The notes under the pieces: generated by a model | Seen by the model: the letters and a program-made list of their open reading frames with translations, nothing else | Database searches by the model: none | What the model was told of the DNA's origin: nothing | Program-made: the position numbers and the translations under genes | Origin: Fastidiosibacter lacustris | GTDB taxonomy: Bacteria > Pseudomonadota > Gammaproteobacteria > Francisellales > Francisellaceae | Assembly: GCF_003428155.1 (NCBI RefSeq) | Contig: NZ_QLIR01000008.1 | Location: 1-32,000 of the forward strand | Length of the DNA stretch: 32,000 bases | Reading direction: 5' to 3' | Part shown: piece after piece, positions 27,915 through 32,000 of the stretch | Layout: every line of letters starts with the position of its first letter | Numbering within the stretch: position 1 is the stretch's first letter

Positions 27915-30644
27915 ATGCAACTGACTGAATTTTGCGAATTTTTTCACCTAAACTCACTTGATAAGACTTTAATCAAACAACTTTTTGTGAGCTTTGAAAC
28001 GAGTACTTTCTTGGCACGGATAGTGAACCAACATCCTGAGCTTTTAAAAAATATCAATTGGTATGCTAAAGAACAGATTACTGACATTAATCAACAAGTT
28101 AAAGTATTATTTAGCACCTATCAAAGTGATTTATACGAACTTGGCAAAGCGCTTCGCATTTTTAGACAGAAGCTACACGCTAAAATAATTTTTCAACATC
28201 AACACAAGCTTGCTCATTTTGAATATATTGCCGAAATCATTTCTTTTACCGCTAAAGTTATTTTGTTGTATGCACAGCAATATTTGTTACAAACCTTAGC
28301 GATTAAACACAAACTTAAAACAACACCTCCTGACCTTGCTATTATTGCTATGGGGAAATTAGGAGGCAATGAGCTGAATTTTTCATCTGACATCGATTTA
28401 GTATTTGTTTATCCTAATAATATAAGTTTGATACGTGAATCTGATAGCGAATATAGCCCCCTGCGCTTTTATACCGAGCTTAGCCAAAAGCTTATTACAC
28501 TTATTAATGAAGTTAGTGTTGATGGTTTTGTCTATCGCGTAGATATGCGCTTACGTCCATTTGGAGACGGTTCACCTTTAGCATCTGATTTTGATAGTTT
28601 CAAGCAATATCTTATTCATCACGCACGTGATTGGGAGCGTTATGCTTATATCAAATCAGATATCATCTACCCTAAAGAGCCATTTAAATCAAGGCTTACT
28701 TATGAAATTACTCAATTTGTCTATCGCCATTATCACGACTATCGGATGCTTGACTCAATTAGAGAAATGAAACATAAAATTTTAACCGAAATGAAACAAA
28801 GTACACTCTCTAACAACATCAAGCTTGGTCGAGGAGGAATTCGTGAAATTGAATTTATCTGTCAATGTTTTCAGCTCATTTATGGTGGTCAAAATAAAAC
28901 CTTACAAACAAAATCTCTTTACCAGGCACTTATAAATCTTGGAAAAGCCAATATTATAACGCCTCAAGTTCAAGATACGCTCTATCGACACTATGTTTTC
29001 TTACGCAATACTGAAAACGGTCTACAGATGCTCGACGATCAACAAGTTCATACCTTGCCAACTTTACTTCAAGCTCAGCAAGCTATTGCTTCATTAAGCG
29101 GTTATACCGATTGGCAACCACTGTCTAACAAAATAGAGCACGTGCGTGCAGAAGTCAGTCAGCTATTTGACGACTTAACCAACTTTAATAAACCCCAAAC
29201 TCCCTATTCTACTAAATCTTCTGAATTTAATTCTCCTGCCTTAAACCTCACTATAGATATGTTAAATCCTGGAAACACTCAATCACTCAAAGAAATTAAC
29301 GTTTTTTTGGATCAGCATGATTTTAATATTAAAGTTAAACCTGCAATAAAAAACTTACTTTTATTAACCCTAAACGAATATCCAAATCTGTTAGCTTACC
29401 TTTTTTTGCTTTTACGTAACTTAGCAAAACGCCAAACTTATTTATTTCTACTTGCTGAGCGCCAAAAACAATACCGCGATTTTTTAGCGTTATTAAGCTA
29501 TGGTCAAGGCATTATCGACATGCTGATTGAACATCCATTCTTATTAGAGCGCACACTAACACACAAGCACCATGATGAAGTTTATTTGGATATAGAAAGC
29601 TTACGCAATAAACTCAATATCCAATTACAGAACATTCATTTAAAAGATATTGAAGCATTTTTAGAATGCTTGCGCCGATTTAAAGTAGAACAGATTTTCA
29701 ATATTATCGTTAGCGAATCACGTGGACATATCTCACTGATGGAGTCTAGCGATTTATTTAGCTATCTTGCCACGGTTATTATCGAAGCTGCACTTGATGG
29801 CGCTTGGCGCGAAGTATTTATGCATAGTGACATACCCTTTAATCTACAGCCACATTACAAGCATTCATTAGCTATTATCGCCTATGGTAAACTTGGAGGA
29901 CTTGAGCTTAGCGTTGCTTCTGATCTAGATCTTGTATTTATTCATGACAAAATAGATGCTAGTCTCTCATCCCGAATTTTTGTTCGCGTCATCCAAAAAT
30001 TTATTCATTTCATGCAAGTTAAAACCTATCACGGAGCACTTTATGAAGTGGACCTACGTTTGCGTCCTGATGGTGAAAATGGCTTTGTTGCAACTAGCAT
30101 TCAAAGTTATGAACAATATCTCAAAAACTCTGCCTGGACTTGGGAGCATCAAGCTTTGACACGTGCTCGTTTTATTTGTGGTGACATCGTCATCCAAAAA
30201 AAATTTGACATAATACGCACACAAACTATCTGTCAAAAACGCAACATTCAAAAACTCAAACAAGATATTATCAATATGCGCCATAAAATGCGTAAACACT
30301 TGTTGAAAGTTTCTGATAATCAATTTGACTTAAAACAAAGCACTGGTGGTATGATCGATATTGAATTTATTGCACAATTCTATGCACTTGCTTACAGTCA
30401 CAAAATACCTCCTATTTGTTATTACAGTGATAGCATCCGCATTATTCAAACTATGGAAAGTGCACACATGATTTCATGGACAACTGCACAGACTTTAATT
30501 AATCACTATTGTTATTATCGCGATTTAGGATTTAAGTGCTATCTCAATAAAACCGATCCAATTGTTACAATTAAGTCTTGTCAAATACAGGCAAAGCAAA
30601 TACACGCCATCTGGGATGAACTATTTATAACAGAAGCACTTTAA
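27915..30644 (+). CDS. glnE: Bifunctional glutamine synthetase adenylyltransferase/adenylyl-removing enzyme
   Basis: 909 aa with two nucleotidyltransferase domains (GKLGGNELNFSSDIDLVF and GKLGGLELSVASDLDLVF), each followed by RLRP. Confidence 0.95.
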   Translation: MQLTEFCEFFHLNSLDKTLIKQLFVSFETSTFLARIVNQHPELLKNINWYAKEQITDINQQVKVLFSTYQSDLYELGKALRIFRQKLHAKIIFQHQHKLAHFEYIAEIISFTAKVILLYAQQYLLQTLAIKHKLKTTPPDLAIIAMGKLGGNELNFSSDIDLVFVYPNNISLIRESDSEYSPLRFYTELSQKLITLINEVSVDGFVYRVDMRLRPFGDGSPLASDFDSFKQYLIHHARDWERYAYIKSDIIYPKEPFKSRLTYEITQFVYRHYHDYRMLDSIREMKHKILTEMKQSTLSNNIKLGRGGIREIEFICQCFQLIYGGQNKTLQTKSLYQALINLGKANIITPQVQDTLYRHYVFLRNTENGLQMLDDQQVHTLPTLLQAQQAIASLSGYTDWQPLSNKIEHVRAEVSQLFDDLTNFNKPQTPYSTKSSEFNSPALNLTIDMLNPGNTQSLKEINVFLDQHDFNIKVKPAIKNLLLLTLNEYPNLLAYLFLLLRNLAKRQTYLFLLAERQKQYRDFLALLSYGQGIIDMLIEHPFLLERTLTHKHHDEVYLDIESLRNKLNIQLQNIHLKDIEAFLECLRRFKVEQIFNIIVSESRGHISLMESSDLFSYLATVIIEAALDGAWREVFMHSDIPFNLQPHYKHSLAIIAYGKLGGLELSVASDLDLVFIHDKIDASLSSRIFVRVIQKFIHFMQVKTYHGALYEVDLRLRPDGENGFVATSIQSYEQYLKNSAWTWEHQALTRARFICGDIVIQKKFDIIRTQTICQKRNIQKLKQDIINMRHKMRKHLLKVSDNQFDLKQSTGGMIDIEFIAQFYALAYSHKIPPICYYSDSIRIIQTMESAHMISWTTAQTLINHYCYYRDLGFKCYLNKTDPIVTIKSCQIQAKQIHAIWDELFITEAL

Positions 30645-30662
30645 TAAAGAAATCAATTTGCT

Positions 30663-30683
30663 TTGATCAAAAGATCAATTTTT
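30663..30683 (+). terminator. Possible weak terminator after glnE
   Basis: TTGATC-aaaa-GATCAA followed by TTTTT. The stem is short and AT-rich. A second hairpin AGCTGT-tacg-ACAGCT lies at 30685-30700. Confidence 0.35.
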
Positions 30684-30702
30684 AAGCTGTTACGACAGCT
30701 CC

Positions 30703-31359
30703 TTATTTTATGTGAAAATCAACCGTAAGAATTTTGGGCACACTTAGCATATAGGTTAAAGTGGCAATGTTCTCTTGTAACCTTGGCATATCCGCTTGAA
30801 TACAATTAGCAACCCAGCCAATGCAATGAATTTCATTTTGGCGTAAATAATAGTCAGTTAATAAAGCATGATTTATACATCCAAGCTTCATTCCTACGAC
30901 TAGTATTACAGGAATATTTAAAGCTTTTAAATAATCTGCCCAGGTTTGATTTAAGTTCAACGGTGTCAATAAACCGCCCACCCCTTCAATCAATAATAGG
31001 TCAGCATCAATTTGTCCAAATGCGTCGTAACTCTGCATCATCAATTTCTCAACACTAAGTTCATCGCTCACATCCTTGGCTGCAATATGTGGAGCAATTG
31101 GCGGCTTATACAAATTTGGATTAACTAATTCATAGTCATAAGATTTGGATGCTGTCTGTTGTAACAAAAGCGCATCCCCATTAACCCATTTTCCATCCTG
31201 CAAGAAAGCACCAGATGCGATAGGTTTTAATCCAGCAACATTTTTCCCCATCTGCTTTATTTGTGTCATTAAATGTATACTAACATAGGTCTTCCCCACC
31301 TCTGTATCTGTACCAATAACACCAATTTTGTTATAGGTTAGCAAAAGCTCTAAACTCAT
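30703..31359 (-). CDS. bioD: Dethiobiotin synthase
   Basis: GTDTEVGKT P-loop shortly after the chosen ATG 31359. ATGA start/stop overlap with the upstream bioC-like gene. Confidence 0.88.
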   Translation of the reverse strand: MSLELLLTYNKIGVIGTDTEVGKTYVSIHLMTQIKQMGKNVAGLKPIASGAFLQDGKWVNGDALLLQQTASKSYDYELVNPNLYKPPIAPHIAAKDVSDELSVEKLMMQSYDAFGQIDADLLLIEGVGGLLTPLNLNQTWADYLKALNIPVILVVGMKLGCINHALLTDYYLRQNEIHCIGWVANCIQADMPRLQENIATLTYMLSVPKILTVDFHIK

Positions 31360-32000
31360 ATTGTTCTCTTTTTCAATATATATAATCCCGTTAGATAAGT
31401 TAGCTGTGCACATTCATCTTGCTGTAAATAACATCGTAACTTAAGTGTTTCCACTTTAGAGTCTCCTAAATAACAATTCACACCTGTATACTTCAAATGC
31501 CTTAGTTGAGAAATACGATCATCAAAAGCAACAACGAATTTTTCACATTTTGCTGTTATTACAACCAAACCATTTTTTTGTAACATTTTAAGTACTTGTA
31601 TATGGTTATAAAAATGATTAATGCGTACCACCTGTTCAAGCTCGTTAAATGTCCCTTTTAACGGAATAGAAAAGCAAAAATAACCATTGTCTTCCAACGT
31701 TTGTTGGATGCGATACAGCAGCAACGAGAACGCACATGACCATTGCAATGCCATATTACTATAAATTAAATGATATTTCTTGCCTGCTAGTTTCATCCAC
31801 ATCTCATCTAAATCAAAATTTGTGCAATAGAAGTTTAATCTATCAAAATTACGAGCATCCAACTTACTGATACACTTTGCCTCTGTAATTAGTTCAACTG
31901 CACAATCAATAGCATCGTAACGTTTACTATTTAGTATTTTGAAAAGCTTAAAACTATCTATGCCATTACCACAACCAAGCTCAAGCACAGAATGCGCATA
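31356..32000 (-). CDS. bioC: Malonyl-ACP O-methyltransferase-like SAM methyltransferase (5' end outside the window)
   Basis: SAM motif VLELGCGNG at the window edge. Positioned immediately upstream of bioD and translationally coupled to it. The reading frame stays open to position 32000. Confidence 0.65.
   Translation of the reverse strand, partial: YAHSVLELGCGNGIDSFKLFKILNSKRYDAIDCAVELITEAKCISKLDARNFDRLNFYCTNFDLDEMWMKLAGKKYHLIYSNMALQWSCAFSLLLYRIQQTLEDNGYFCFSIPLKGTFNELEQVVRINHFYNHIQVLKMLQKNGLVVITAKCEKFVVAFDDRISQLRHLKYTGVNCYLGDSKVETLKLRCYLQQDECAQLTYLTGLYILKKRTI

Overview
Visibly AT-rich, very compact chromosomal segment. It is probably from a gammaproteobacterium, because holC, holD-rimI, secA, prfC, glnE and a Prx5-Grx hybrid co-occur. 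I cannot assign a genus from sequence alone. About 29 of the 32 kb is ordinary housekeeping: secA, prfC, purF, glnE, fused trpE(G), queF, dctA, bioCD, rimI, holC, holD, miaE, glutaminase and others. I found no tRNA, rRNA, CRISPR array, transposase, integrase or phage genes. The only clearly accessory part is the first ~1.35 kb. It holds a MazF/PemK-like toxin and a HigB/HigA (RelE-type killer/antidote) pair, all on the minus strand and all disrupted by frameshifts. Three of the four frameshifts must lie in A/T homopolymer runs and the fourth probably does. Every housekeeping ORF in the window is intact. The ORF track also misses a cobalamin (B12) riboswitch at ~5620-5735 (minus strand), which heads a TonB-dependent receptor plus a divergent TonB-like gene. 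Other points worth a second look: a glutaminase collinear with eukaryotic GLS-type enzymes including their N-terminal extension; two secreted orphan or partly orphan proteins (a Cys-rich 332 aa protein and an NlpC/P60 peptidase with an unknown N-domain); tight purF-miaE and trpE(G)-pfkB couplings; and three convergent gene pairs whose stop codons are 1 nt apart. I do not see convincing evidence for a complete novel multi-gene system such as a defence island. The findings are individually modest and are scored that way.
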